From positions 20,882 to 84,881 of the forward strand of contig CANIIA010000002.1 of assembly GCA_947467435.1 (NCBI GenBank): a DNA stretch of 64,000 nt, in the 5' to 3' direction. This stretch comes from Betaproteobacteria bacterium. Lineage in GTDB: Bacteria > Pseudomonadota > Gammaproteobacteria > Burkholderiales > SG8-39. A program made the position numbers and the translations under genes. The notes under the pieces are model-generated. The model made no database searches. It saw only the letters and a program-made list of their open reading frames with translations, and had not been told where the DNA came from. This document shows positions 45,825-55,779 of this stretch, piece by piece (within the stretch, counting starts at the first letter, position 1; the number at the start of each line of letters is the position of its first letter).

Positions 45825-48046
45825 TGCGTCACGCCAGCTTGATCTGGCTCTTCGACCAAACCATGAATGTCAGTTTCAAAACCAGGAAACTTGGCATTGA
45901 ATTCACGCGCAAATTGTAAGTAGCGCACGATGGTCTTGTTGAAACGTTCGCCGGGAATCAACAACGGAATACCAGGAGGGTATGGCGTTAACAACACACT
46001 CGTGACGCGCCCCTCGAGTTGATCAATCGCCACGCGATCGATTTCACGATGCGCCATGGCAGCAAACGCATCCGACGGTTTCATTGCCGGTTGCATATCA
46101 GACAGATACATTTCAGTGGTCAAGCGCGCCACGTCGTTGGCTTTGTACATGCCATGAATTTGCTCACATAAATCCTTGAGGCCTAGGCGTTCATAGCGCG
46201 GTTGGCTTGCGCAAAATTCGGGCAGCACGCGCCAAAGCGGTTGGTTTTTATCGTAATCGTCTTTGAACTGCTGTAACGCAGCCACCAAGGTGTTCCAGCG
46301 CCCTTTGGTGATGCCGATCGTGAACATAATGAAGAACGAATACAACCCGGTTTTTTCAACGATCACACCGTGCTCAGCCAAGTATTTGGTGACGATGGAT
46401 GCCGGAATGCCGCTACGCGCGAACTTGCCCGACACATCCAATCCTGGCGTGATGATGGTGGCTTTGATCGGATCGAGCATGTTAAAGCCCGAGGCCAAAT
46501 TACCAAAGCCATGCCATTTTTCATTGGCCTTTAACACCCACTCTTCGCGCGAGCCAATGCCATCGGTGGCGACCTTATCTGGTCCCCACACTTTAAACCA
46601 CCAATCTTTGCCCCATTCATCATCGACTTTTTTCATGGCGCGCCGAAAATCCAGCGCTTCAAAAATCGACTCTTCCACCAACGCGGTGCCACCCGGTGGT
46701 TCCATCATCGCCGCGGCCACATCACACGAGGCGATGATGGCGTACTGCGGACTGGTCGAGGTATGCATCAAATACGCCTCATTAAACATGTGGCGATCAA
46801 GTTTTCGTGTTTGCGATTCTTGCACCAAGATTTGTGATGCTTGAGAAATACCCGCCAAGAGTTTATGCGTCGAGTGCGTTGCAAAGATCAGCGGGTCTTT
46901 GGGTCGAGGACGATCACCACCGATCGCGTGCATGTTTTTATAAAAATCATGGAAGGTGGCGTGCGGCAGCCACGCTTCATCAAAATGCAAGGTGTCAATC
47001 GAGGAGTTGAGTGTTTCTTTCAGCATCTCGACGTTGTACAACACACCATCGTAGGTACTTTGCGTAATAGTCAAAATGCGCGGTTTGCGACTACGCGCAC
47101 GACTGGCAAACGGATTGGCGTCGATTTTCTTTTGAATGTTTTCAGGACGAAATTCTTCTAGCGGAATCGGACCAATAATGCCCAAGTGATTACGCGTCGG
47201 GGTCAGAAAGACGGGAATCGCACCAGTCATGGTGATGGCATGCAGAATCGATTTGTGACAGTTGCGATCGACCACCACGATGTCATCGGGCGCAACGTTG
47301 GCATGCCACACCATTTTGTTTGAGGTCGACGTACCGTTAGTGACAAAGAAACAATGATCGGCACCAAAGATGCGTGCTGCATTGCGCTCTGATGCGGCGA
47401 CCGGCCCTGTGTGATCGAGCAGCTGACCGAGTTCATCTACTGCGTTACACACGTCAGCGCGCAGCATGTTTTCACCAAAGAACTGATGAAACATTTGTCC
47501 CACTGGGCTTTTCAAAAAAGCCACCCCACCCGAATGCCCAGGGCAATGCCACGAATATGAACCATCTTGCGCGTAATGCGTCAACGCTCTAAAAAATGGC
47601 GGGGCCAAACCATCAAGATAAGCCTTCGCTTCACGAATAATGTGACGCGCCACAAACTCAGGCGTGTCTTCAAACATATGAATAAACCCATGCAACTCGC
47701 GCAAAATGCCATTCGGGATATGACGCGACGTGCGCGTTTCGCCGTACAAATAAATTGGAATATCGGCGTTACGAAAACGAATTTCTTCAATAAAGGTACG
47801 CAGTTTTAACACCGCCGGATCTAGCTCTGGGCCGGGCGTAAATTCCTCATCATCGATCGACAAAATAAACGCACTGGCACGCGACTGTTGTTGCGCAAAC
47901 TGCGAGAGATCGCCATAGCTGGTGACACCCAACACTTCCATGCCCTCTTCTTCGATGGCTTTGGCTAACGCGCGAATGCCTAAGCCGCTGGTGTTCTCGG
48001 AGCGGAAGTCCTCGTCAATGATGACGATTGGAAAGCGAAATTTCAT
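45797..48046 (-). CDS. Orn/Lys/Arg decarboxylase, large fold-I PLP enzyme with N-terminal wing domain
   Basis: 749 aa. Starts MKFRFPIVIIDEDF. PLP-lysine region ATHSTHKLLAG. Substrate (Arg, Lys or Orn) cannot be told from sequence by eye. Confidence 0.9.
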   Translation of the reverse strand: MKFRFPIVIIDEDFRSENTSGLGIRALAKAIEEEGMEVLGVTSYGDLSQFAQQQSRASAFILSIDDEEFTPGPELDPAVLKLRTFIEEIRFRNADIPIYLYGETRTSRHIPNGILRELHGFIHMFEDTPEFVARHIIREAKAYLDGLAPPFFRALTHYAQDGSYSWHCPGHSGGVAFLKSPVGQMFHQFFGENMLRADVCNAVDELGQLLDHTGPVAASERNAARIFGADHCFFVTNGTSTSNKMVWHANVAPDDIVVVDRNCHKSILHAITMTGAIPVFLTPTRNHLGIIGPIPLEEFRPENIQKKIDANPFASRARSRKPRILTITQSTYDGVLYNVEMLKETLNSSIDTLHFDEAWLPHATFHDFYKNMHAIGGDRPRPKDPLIFATHSTHKLLAGISQASQILVQESQTRKLDRHMFNEAYLMHTSTSPQYAIIASCDVAAAMMEPPGGTALVEESIFEALDFRRAMKKVDDEWGKDWWFKVWGPDKVATDGIGSREEWVLKANEKWHGFGNLASGFNMLDPIKATIITPGLDVSGKFARSGIPASIVTKYLAEHGVIVEKTGLYSFFIMFTIGITKGRWNTLVAALQQFKDDYDKNQPLWRVLPEFCASQPRYERLGLKDLCEQIHGMYKANDVARLTTEMYLSDMQPAMKPSDAFAAMAHREIDRVAIDQLEGRVTSVLLTPYPPGIPLLIPGERFNKTIVRYLQFAREFNAKFPGFETDIHGLVEEPDQAGVTHYFVDCVRQ

Positions 48047-48047
48047 T

Positions 48048-48611
48048 TCAAATCCTGGGTAAGGTCACACCGGTTTGTCCCTGATATTTTCCGCCGCGGT
48101 CTTTGTACGAGGTTTCGCACACTTCGTCGGATTCCAGAAACAACACTTGGGCCACACCTTCGTTGGCATAAATTCGCGCGGGTAACGGTGTGGTATTCGA
48201 AAATTCGAGGGTCACATGCCCTTCCCATTCGGGCTCAAGCGGAGTGACATTCACGATGATGCCGCAGCGCGCGTACGTCGACTTACCTAGACAAATCGTC
48301 AAGACGTTGCGTGGAATACGAAAATATTCAACGGTACGAGCGAGCGCAAATGAGTTGGGCGGAATGATGCACTCAGAGCCCTTAAAGTCGACGAAATTTT
48401 TTTCATCGAAGGCTTTGGGATCGATGATCGTCGAGTTGATGTTGGTAAAGATCTTAAATTCATCTGAGCAGCGAATGTCGTAGCCATAACTTGACGTGCC
48501 GTAGGACACGATGCGCCGGCCTTCGACCGAGCGCACCTGACCAGACTCAAACGGACGAATCATGCCCTGCGCCGCCATGCGACGGATCCACAAATCGGAT
48601 TTGATACTCAT
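48048..48611 (-). CDS. dcd: dCTP deaminase
   Basis: 187 aa. Starts [13 protein letters not shown]. Later [25 protein letters not shown]. Confidence 0.95.
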   Translation of the reverse strand: MSIKSDLWIRRMAAQGMIRPFESGQVRSVEGRRIVSYGTSSYGYDIRCSDEFKIFTNINSTIIDPKAFDEKNFVDFKGSECIIPPNSFALARTVEYFRIPRNVLTICLGKSTYARCGIIVNVTPLEPEWEGHVTLEFSNTTPLPARIYANEGVAQVLFLESDEVCETSYKDRGGKYQGQTGVTLPRI

Positions 48612-48747
48612 GCGAGTTGGCCAACATCGAAAAAGACAGAAGGCCGCGATTCTAACCCCAGCACTGCGCTCGCTGGGTGGGTGTGGAAAGCCTTTTTTTA
48701 GTCCCTCAGCATTGGCTTGCTGGGGCTGGGGCCGGCGCGCTGCGCGT

Positions 48748-49839
48748 TTAGGTGTTTTGCACCACGATATTGGGAAATTTCCCGCTCAAGTCTTTTTGCG
48801 ACTCGGCGATTTTGACCGCGCAACGACGTGCAATCGACTTGTAAATCGCCGCCACCTGCCCATCGGGATCGGCCACCACGGTGGGCTTGCCAGAATCGGC
48901 CTGTTCGCGGATCGCCACATCCAGTGGCAGGCTGCCCAACAGCTCCACGCCGTAATCCGAGGCCATGCGCTGCGCGCCACCGCTGCCAAAGATATGTTCT
49001 TCGTGACCACACTTTGAGCAGATATGCGTGCTCATGTTTTCGACCACACCCAGAATTGGGATCCCCACCTTCTCAAACATCTTGAAGCCCTTGCGTGCAT
49101 CGATTAAGGCGATGTCTTGCGGGGTGGTGACGATGACCGCGCCGGTGACCGGTACTTTTTGCGCTAGCGTCAGTTGAATGTCGCCCGTACCAGGAGGCAG
49201 ATCGATGATCAAATAATCCAGCGCACGCCAGTGCGTGTCTTTGAGTAATTGCTCTAGAGCCTGCGTCACCATCGGCCCGCGCCACACCATGGGTGTGTCG
49301 GCATCAATTAAAAACCCGATCGAAATCGCCTGTAGGCCATGACCCTCCATGGGCTCGAGCATCTTACCGTCGGGGGATTCTGGACGCCCTTGAATCCCCA
49401 GCATCGTGGGTTGTGAGGGTCCATAGATATCGGCATCCAACATGCCCACACTCGCGCCTTCGGCGGCTAAAGCCAAAGCCAAGTTCACCGCCGTGGTGCT
49501 TTTACCAACGCCACCTTTGCCAGAGGCCACTGCGATGATGTTTTTGATATTCGGAATTAATTTCACGCCGCGCTGTACCGCATGGGCGACCACTTTGCTA
49601 CTCACACTCACCTTGACCGATCCGACACCGGGCAAGGCACGTAAGGCGGTTTCGACCTGGCGCTGGATGGGCGCAAATTGGCTGCGACCCGGATAACTTA
49701 ACTCAATCTCCACGCGCACTTCATTGCCCTCGATCTGCAGCTGACGCACCGCGCGTGACGCGACAAAGTCTTTGCCCGTGTTTTGATCAATGAGAGTGCT
49801 GAGGGTGGACTGAACTTGGGCTTGCGTAACTGAGGACAT
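48748..49839 (-). CDS. apbC: Fe-S cluster carrier ATPase ApbC/Mrp
   Basis: ORF to 49980. Preferred ATG at 49839 ([13 protein letters not shown]). Deviant Walker [12 protein letters not shown]. CxxC in HICSKCGH. Confidence 0.92.
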   Translation of the reverse strand: MSSVTQAQVQSTLSTLIDQNTGKDFVASRAVRQLQIEGNEVRVEIELSYPGRSQFAPIQRQVETALRALPGVGSVKVSVSSKVVAHAVQRGVKLIPNIKNIIAVASGKGGVGKSTTAVNLALALAAEGASVGMLDADIYGPSQPTMLGIQGRPESPDGKMLEPMEGHGLQAISIGFLIDADTPMVWRGPMVTQALEQLLKDTHWRALDYLIIDLPPGTGDIQLTLAQKVPVTGAVIVTTPQDIALIDARKGFKMFEKVGIPILGVVENMSTHICSKCGHEEHIFGSGGAQRMASDYGVELLGSLPLDVAIREQADSGKPTVVADPDGQVAAIYKSIARRCAVKIAESQKDLSGKFPNIVVQNT

Positions 49840-50107
49840 GGCGGCTCGCGTAACGTAAAGAAAAAGTTGGGGGTAAAGATAAACCGAAAGGTAAGGGTAA
49901 GGATAAAGGTGAAGGGGCGGTAACGGCTTGGGTTGACTGCGTCGAGCGCAGCGCAGCGAAACGCATTTGCGCAGAGGCATCAGCGGCTCATGTGGGCTCG
50001 GGTAAACAGTGTACCCAACTCAACGACCCTGCGACGAGCAATGCCGCAAATTCAACGCGAATGACCCCACACGGTTTGCTAGAATTATCTTTTCAGTTTG
50101 ACGCGCC

Positions 50108-52216
50108 ATGAACGCACAACGCAGCCTCTTTGTTACCACGGCGCTCCCGTACGCCAATGGGCCGTTTCACGTCGGCCACATCATGGAGTACATACAAGCC
50201 GATATTTGGGTGCGCTTCCAGCGCATGCAAGGTCATCGCGTGCATTTTGTCTGCGCCGATGATGCGCACGGCGCACCGATCATGCTGAAGGCACACGCTG
50301 AAGGCCTGACCCCCGAAGCGCTGGTGGCCAATATCGCGGCCGGTCGCAAACAATATCTCGATGGATTTGGCATCGACTTTAATCATTGGCACTCAACACA
50401 CTCGCCAGAAAATACCGCCCTGTCGCAGGATATTTTTCGTCGTCTGAATGCAGGCGGATTGATCGAACGTAAACCGGTCGAACAGTTTTACGATCCGGTC
50501 AAAGGGATGTTTCTCGCAGACCGCTACATCAAAGGCACCTGCCCGAAGTGTCATGCAAAAGAACAATATGGTGATGCGTGTGAAGTGTGTGGTGCGGTCT
50601 ATGCGCCCATCGAACTGATTGACCCTTACTCGACTTTGTCCGGCGCTGCACCGATCCGCAAGTCTTCCGATCATTATTTTTTTCGGCTCTCCGATCCACG
50701 CTGTACCGCGTTTTTGCGATCTTGGCTCGATAAGAGTGAACGTTTGCAGCCACAAGTGGCCAATAAAGCGCGCGAGTGGCTCAGCGGAACCGATGAACAA
50801 AAATTAGGCGACTGGGATATCTCGCGCGACGCCCCGTATTTTGGGATTCGCATTCCCGATATTGCGGAAGAAAAATATTTCTATGTTTGGCTCGATGCGC
50901 CTGTTGGCTATTTAGCGAGTCTGAAAAATTATTTCGATCGCGGCAAAGCGCGCGCGCAAGGTGAAACGCGCAGCTTCGAAGAATTTTTAAGCGCGCCCAA
51001 CACAGAGCAAGTGCATTTCATTGGCAAAGATATTATTTATTTTCATACCTTGTTTTGGCCTGCGATGTTGCACTTTGCGGGCACCCCATACAAAGTGCCA
51101 GATCATGTGTATGTGCATGGCTTTATCACCGTGTCTGGCGAAAAAATGTCGAAAAGTCGCGGCACGGGGATTAGCCCGTTACGCTATCTCGAACTGGGCT
51201 TGAATCCAGAATGGCTGCGCTATTACATCGCGGCAAAACTCAACGCCAATGTCGAAGATGTCGACTTCAATCCGGATGATTTTGTCGCGCGGGTCAATAG
51301 TGATTTAGTGGGTAAATACGTCAACATCGTGAGCCGCGTTGCCGGCTTTTTAAGTAAACGATTTGACGGGCAACTCGCGCCGCAAGGCGATGCTGCTGGC
51401 GAGGCCTTGCTACAGACCTTGCGTGCGGCACGCGAAGAATTAGCCAGCGCCTACGAAGCACGCGAATTTGGCAAAGTGGTACGCGAAGTAATGCGACTTG
51501 CCGATCTGACCAATCAATATGCCGACAGCGCACGCCCTTGGGACTTAGCAAAAGATCCTGCGCGCGCCGATGAGTTGCATCGAGCGTGCAGCACGCTGAC
51601 GCGCGCCTTTGAAGTGCTGACACGCTACTTGGCGCCGATCCTACCGAAACTCGCCGCCCAAGCTGCTGACATTCTGAATGTCGATTTTTCGCGCTGGGAA
51701 CAGGCCACACCGCTCACCCAGATCAAACCGTATTCACACCTCACGACTCGCGTTGATCCCAAACAAATGGATGCGCTGTTTGCGTTACCAACGGCTGCAG
51801 ATCAAGGCAGCGGGAGCGCAGTCAAACCCAAGACGAAAGAAACACCCACGATGTCTACCTCGCCAACTGATGATGTAGCCACTGCGCCCACCTATGCGAG
51901 CATCACCGATTTTCAGAAACTCGATTTACGTATTGCACGGATTACGGCTGCAAGCACGGTGGATGGTTCGGACAAATTACTCAAGCTCACGCTCGACTTG
52001 GGCAATGAAACACGCACCGTGTTTTCTGGCATCCAGTCGGCGTATCAACCAGAGCAATTGGTCGGACGACTGACGGTAATGATCGCCAATCTTGCACCGC
52101 GAAAAATGCGCTTTGGCATTTCTGAGGGGATGGTGCTTGCCGCCTCAGATGATGGCCCCGGCGTTTTTCTGCTTTCACCCGATACCGGTGCCCTGCCTGG
52201 TATGCGCGTCGAGTAA
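50108..52216 (+). CDS. metG: Methionyl-tRNA synthetase
   Basis: 702 aa. HIGH-type [12 protein letters not shown], Zn knuckle [24 protein letters not shown]-terminal tRNA-binding (EMAP/Trbp111-like) domain. Confidence 0.97.
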   Translation: MNAQRSLFVTTALPYANGPFHVGHIMEYIQADIWVRFQRMQGHRVHFVCADDAHGAPIMLKAHAEGLTPEALVANIAAGRKQYLDGFGIDFNHWHSTHSPENTALSQDIFRRLNAGGLIERKPVEQFYDPVKGMFLADRYIKGTCPKCHAKEQYGDACEVCGAVYAPIELIDPYSTLSGAAPIRKSSDHYFFRLSDPRCTAFLRSWLDKSERLQPQVANKAREWLSGTDEQKLGDWDISRDAPYFGIRIPDIAEEKYFYVWLDAPVGYLASLKNYFDRGKARAQGETRSFEEFLSAPNTEQVHFIGKDIIYFHTLFWPAMLHFAGTPYKVPDHVYVHGFITVSGEKMSKSRGTGISPLRYLELGLNPEWLRYYIAAKLNANVEDVDFNPDDFVARVNSDLVGKYVNIVSRVAGFLSKRFDGQLAPQGDAAGEALLQTLRAAREELASAYEAREFGKVVREVMRLADLTNQYADSARPWDLAKDPARADELHRACSTLTRAFEVLTRYLAPILPKLAAQAADILNVDFSRWEQATPLTQIKPYSHLTTRVDPKQMDALFALPTAADQGSGSAVKPKTKETPTMSTSPTDDVATAPTYASITDFQKLDLRIARITAASTVDGSDKLLKLTLDLGNETRTVFSGIQSAYQPEQLVGRLTVMIANLAPRKMRFGISEGMVLAASDDGPGVFLLSPDTGALPGMRVE

Positions 52217-52228
52217 CCCGCCCCACCG

Positions 52229-53878
52229 ATGTTGGGTTTTCGCTTCCGTCCACGTTTAGTCGATGCGCTCAAGGATTATTCGCGCACGCACTTTGCACAC
52301 GATTTCAGCGCAGGTCTCACAGTTGGCATTGTTGCCCTCCCGCTGGCCATGGCTTTTGCGATCGCCAGCGGCGTCTCACCACAAGCAGGCATTTACACCG
52401 CCATCATCGCGGGATTTTTAATCTCAGCACTTGGTGGATCGCGGGTACAAATTGGCGGGCCGGCAGGCGCCTTCATCGTCATTATCTACGGCATCATTCA
52501 AAAATATGGTCTCGCTAATTTATTGATCTCCACGCTCTTTGCAGGCATGTTGTTGTTTGCCATGGGCGCATTACGCTTAGGCAGTTTGATTCGATTTATT
52601 CCTGTTGCTGTCGTGATCGGTTTTACAAATGGCATTGCCGTCTTGATTGCCGTTTCACAACTCAAGGATGCGCTCGGTTTACCGATCAAAACACTGCCGG
52701 CTGATTTTTTTTCGTCGATCGAACTCATTGCCCTTCACTTGCCATCGACTGATTGGCGCCCCATGTTGTTATGTGCTGTTGGAATGCTCGTCATCATCTG
52801 GTGGCCGAAATCTTTTCAATCACCACGCAGCCCTTGGCAACGCTACCTTGGCATGATCCCTGGCACCATCGTGGTGTTGATTGGCGCCACCCTCTTTGTG
52901 CGTTTCAGTGGCATCGAACTCGACACCATCGGCACACGTTTTGGTGGCATTCCGCAAGGCCTGCCTGAGATAGCGTTTCCGGCGTTTAGTTGGGCGCTGG
53001 TCAAACAATTGGTTGCCCCGACACTCACGATCGCTTTATTGGGCGCGGTCGAGTCGTTATTGTGTGCACGCGTGGCTGACAGCATGACTGATGATCGACA
53101 CGATCCAAATCAAGAGTTAATGGCCCAAGGGATCGCGAATGTTGTGACGCCATTTTTTGGCGGTATACCTGCCACCGGCACCATCGCCCGCACCGTCACC
53201 AATGTTCGTAGCGGTGCCACCTCGCCGATCGCGGGCATGGTGCATGCGGGCACGTTATTAATGATGATCTTAGTCGCTGCACCGTTGGCCGAACACATTC
53301 CACTTGCTGCGCTTTCTGCCATCTTATTGATGGTGGCATGGAATATGGGCGAGTGGCGCGAGTTTTCGCGCTTGCGTCAATTTAATCCGACCTACCGTGC
53401 CGTGATGTTGTCGACTTTTTTTCTGACCGTGATTTTTGATTTAACGGTCGCGGTGGAAGTCGGCTTAGTGCTCGCGAGTTTATTTTTTATCTACCGAATT
53501 TCTAGCTTAACGCGTGTGGAGCGCATCCACGATCTCGGCGCGTTACCTGCACAGGTTGAGGCTTATCGGTTGTATGGATCGTTGTTTTTTGGGGCAGTCG
53601 ATAAGCTCGAAGTGCTCATGGATCCACAAAGCACGCCGATCCGCGTTTTAATTTTAGATTTACAGCCGCTGCTGAACCTGGACACCACTGGACTCGAGAC
53701 GCTACACGCGCTACAAAAAAATCTACAACGTCGCGGTGCGCAACTCGTGTTAGCAGGCGCCACCGAGCAACCGCAGTCCTTGTTACAACGTTCGGGGTTT
53801 ATCTCGACCTTAGGTGCGGAAAACGTAGTGGCTGATGTGACCTTAGCCATCCACCGCGCACGCGCGATCTGTGGTTGA
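52229..53878 (+). CDS. SulP-family anion transporter with C-terminal STAS domain
   Basis: 549 aa. Motifs DFSAGLTVGIVALPLAMAFAIASG, multiple TM helices, STAS region VLILDLQPLLNLDTTGLETL. Confidence 0.92.
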   Translation: MLGFRFRPRLVDALKDYSRTHFAHDFSAGLTVGIVALPLAMAFAIASGVSPQAGIYTAIIAGFLISALGGSRVQIGGPAGAFIVIIYGIIQKYGLANLLISTLFAGMLLFAMGALRLGSLIRFIPVAVVIGFTNGIAVLIAVSQLKDALGLPIKTLPADFFSSIELIALHLPSTDWRPMLLCAVGMLVIIWWPKSFQSPRSPWQRYLGMIPGTIVVLIGATLFVRFSGIELDTIGTRFGGIPQGLPEIAFPAFSWALVKQLVAPTLTIALLGAVESLLCARVADSMTDDRHDPNQELMAQGIANVVTPFFGGIPATGTIARTVTNVRSGATSPIAGMVHAGTLLMMILVAAPLAEHIPLAALSAILLMVAWNMGEWREFSRLRQFNPTYRAVMLSTFFLTVIFDLTVAVEVGLVLASLFFIYRISSLTRVERIHDLGALPAQVEAYRLYGSLFFGAVDKLEVLMDPQSTPIRVLILDLQPLLNLDTTGLETLHALQKNLQRRGAQLVLAGATEQPQSLLQRSGFISTLGAENVVADVTLAIHRARAICG

Positions 53879-54181
53879 TGGTTGGCGACGCGTCATCTTC
53901 AATGTCGACACCACTTCGAAACAATTTGGAACGACGCGAAGACCGAGAGAAAAAAACTGCACCGGACGCGCACCAGAGATGAGGGAGCCGACGAGAGTCA
54001 GCGCCCCCGCGCCCTCCGTCGCACTCCCAGCCCCGAGACCCTCATTCCAGTTCGCGTCCGGCCGCCGGCAAATTAGCACGCGATACTGAATTTCTTACGT
54101 TTGGCAGACGTAATAATTTGATAAAAATTGATCAAGTACCGAGCGACTCTAGACTTGGTGCTTTAGCGAAGAACTGCTTAC

Positions 54182-54304
54182 CGGTTTAGGGTACGCGCAC
54201 CTGACGGTTTAGGGTACGTGCACCTGACGGTTTAGGGTACGTGCACCTGACGGTTTAGGGCACGCGCACCTGACGGTTTGGGGCACGTGCACCTGACAGG
54301 TTAG
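54182..54304. repeat. 23-bp tandem direct repeat, 5 full copies plus a partial sixth
   Basis: Unit CGGTTTAGGGTACG(C/T)GCACCTGA at 54182, 54205, 54228, 54251 and 54274, with a partial CAGGTTAG at 54297. Variable positions are 7 (A/G), 11 (T/C) and 15 (C/T). The partial copy contains the fdrA stop codon. Confidence 0.95.
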
Positions 54305-55779
54305 AGACGCACACACTGTGCGGCAAGCCGAGCCGCTTGGGCGTTTGACCCCGCCACAATCACGCCGGCAGCGCGCAGGCGTTCAACTTGCACACGAAAG
54401 TTTTGTGGGTCTGCATCCGTACCTGTCACTGATGCAATGATCGGTACATCACTCGATCCAACCGATCGTAGTGCGTTGACAATCAATCCAGCTGGATCCG
54501 CGTGTGCACCATATCCAATCACCAAATCAATCATCACTGCTGCGGTATCCGCGGCGGCGAGTACCTGCAACAACAATTCATTGCGCAGATCGGGTTCGAT
54601 CATCGGATGCGGGCGACCTCGCGTGTAATCGTCATCACCCAAATCAATCATGGTATGCGCCGCCCCTTGCGGTCGATCCACATGCGATGCGCCCGGCACG
54701 GGCACATTCGATTGCACATCGGCAAGTCCAAGTTCTGCCAAAACGATTTGCGCTTCACTGCATAACGTGCCGCCACAAAACAATCCACGCAGCCAGCCTG
54801 AACGTGTTGCCAATGCGGGTGCCCCCGCATCATCCAACGCACGCCCAAGCACCACTTGTACCGCTGCACTCAGCGTTGCAGCGTGCGTCACGTGCTTTGG
54901 TAATTGCATGCTGGGCGCACCCAATAAACACAAAGTCACTGGTTTTTTACAAGCACTTGCACGGGCCACGATACGCGCAGTTACTGCTGCGGCGGGTGGT
55001 TTTGAAATAATCACGATATGTCGTGTGGCTGGGTCGGCTTCTAGCGCATCAAACGCGGCCATTGTCATTAATCCACCCACGGCCTCTTTTAGATCACGTC
55101 CCCCCACGCCGATGCCATGAGAAACACCACGACCATTACGCGCAAGTAACGTACTAACCTCTTGCAAGCCCGTACCCGATGCAGCAATCAAGCCGACATC
55201 GCCCCGTGGCACCACGTTGGCAAATGCGACCGGCGCACCCGCAATCAATGCTGTGCCGCAGTCCGGTCCCATCATCAGCAATCCACGCGAGATCGCAAAT
55301 TGTTTGAGTGCAATTTCATCTTCGACGGTGACGTTGTCGGAGAACATCATCACGTGCAATCCGCGTGCAAGGGCGGCACGCGCTTCGGCTGCTGCAAATT
55401 CTCCGGGTACAGAAATCACCGCTAAATTTGCATCTGGCATGATCTCTAAGGCTGCGCGCATCGAGCGCACAGTGGTCATACCGGCATCAGCGCTCGCTTG
55501 TGCACCACCAGAGAGTCGGGCTTCGGATTCGCTCAACGCGGCTGTTGCACTCACCGTATCAACCGCACGAATCGCAATAATTAAATCATCGGCCTGCGCC
55601 TTCGCGCCTTCGACATCCAATAAACCAGAGCCTTCTAATAACGCACGATTACTCGGCGTGCCAATCATCAACGACGCTTCAAGTACGCCGTCGATTGCAT
55701 TTAGGGCGCGCGAAATTCGCATTAATGCCACTGAGTCAGCATAAAAGCCACGACGTACTCGGTTCACCACCACGCTCAC
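54301..55779 (-). CDS. fdrA: FdrA-family protein (CoA-ligase alpha-like; AllF-like)
   Basis: 492 aa. Starts MSVVVNRVRRGFYADSVALMRISRAL, characteristic of FdrA. Succinyl-CoA-synthetase-alpha-like central region. Confidence 0.88.
   Translation of the reverse strand: MSVVVNRVRRGFYADSVALMRISRALNAIDGVLEASLMIGTPSNRALLEGSGLLDVEGAKAQADDLIIAIRAVDTVSATAALSESEARLSGGAQASADAGMTTVRSMRAALEIMPDANLAVISVPGEFAAAEARAALARGLHVMMFSDNVTVEDEIALKQFAISRGLLMMGPDCGTALIAGAPVAFANVVPRGDVGLIAASGTGLQEVSTLLARNGRGVSHGIGVGGRDLKEAVGGLMTMAAFDALEADPATRHIVIISKPPAAAVTARIVARASACKKPVTLCLLGAPSMQLPKHVTHAATLSAAVQVVLGRALDDAGAPALATRSGWLRGLFCGGTLCSEAQIVLAELGLADVQSNVPVPGASHVDRPQGAAHTMIDLGDDDYTRGRPHPMIEPDLRNELLLQVLAAADTAAVMIDLVIGYGAHADPAGLIVNALRSVGSSDVPIIASVTGTDADPQNFRVQVERLRAAGVIVAGSNAQAARLAAQCVRL

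Noticed and set aside
49840-49980. N-terminal extension of the apbC ORF encoding YPYPYLSVYLYPQLFLY
   Set aside because: It is the translation of the low-complexity pyrimidine-rich leader. The conserved ApbC/Mrp N-terminus starts at 49839.
53871-54089. Small ORFs (72, 64 and 78 aa) in the SulP-fdrA gap
   Set aside because: They have no SD and Arg/Pro/Ser-rich composition, they overlap one another on both strands, and they coincide with the GC-rich inverted repeat. The region is better explained as non-coding.
54182-54304. Possibility that the 23-bp repeats are a CRISPR array, a telomere-like TTTAGGG array, or a G-quadruplex
   Set aside because: The repeats are directly abutting with no spacers, so they are not CRISPR. 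TTTAGGG occurs once per 23-bp unit, not as a heptamer array, and this is a bacterial chromosome context. G-runs are 23 nt apart, far beyond canonical quadruplex loop lengths.
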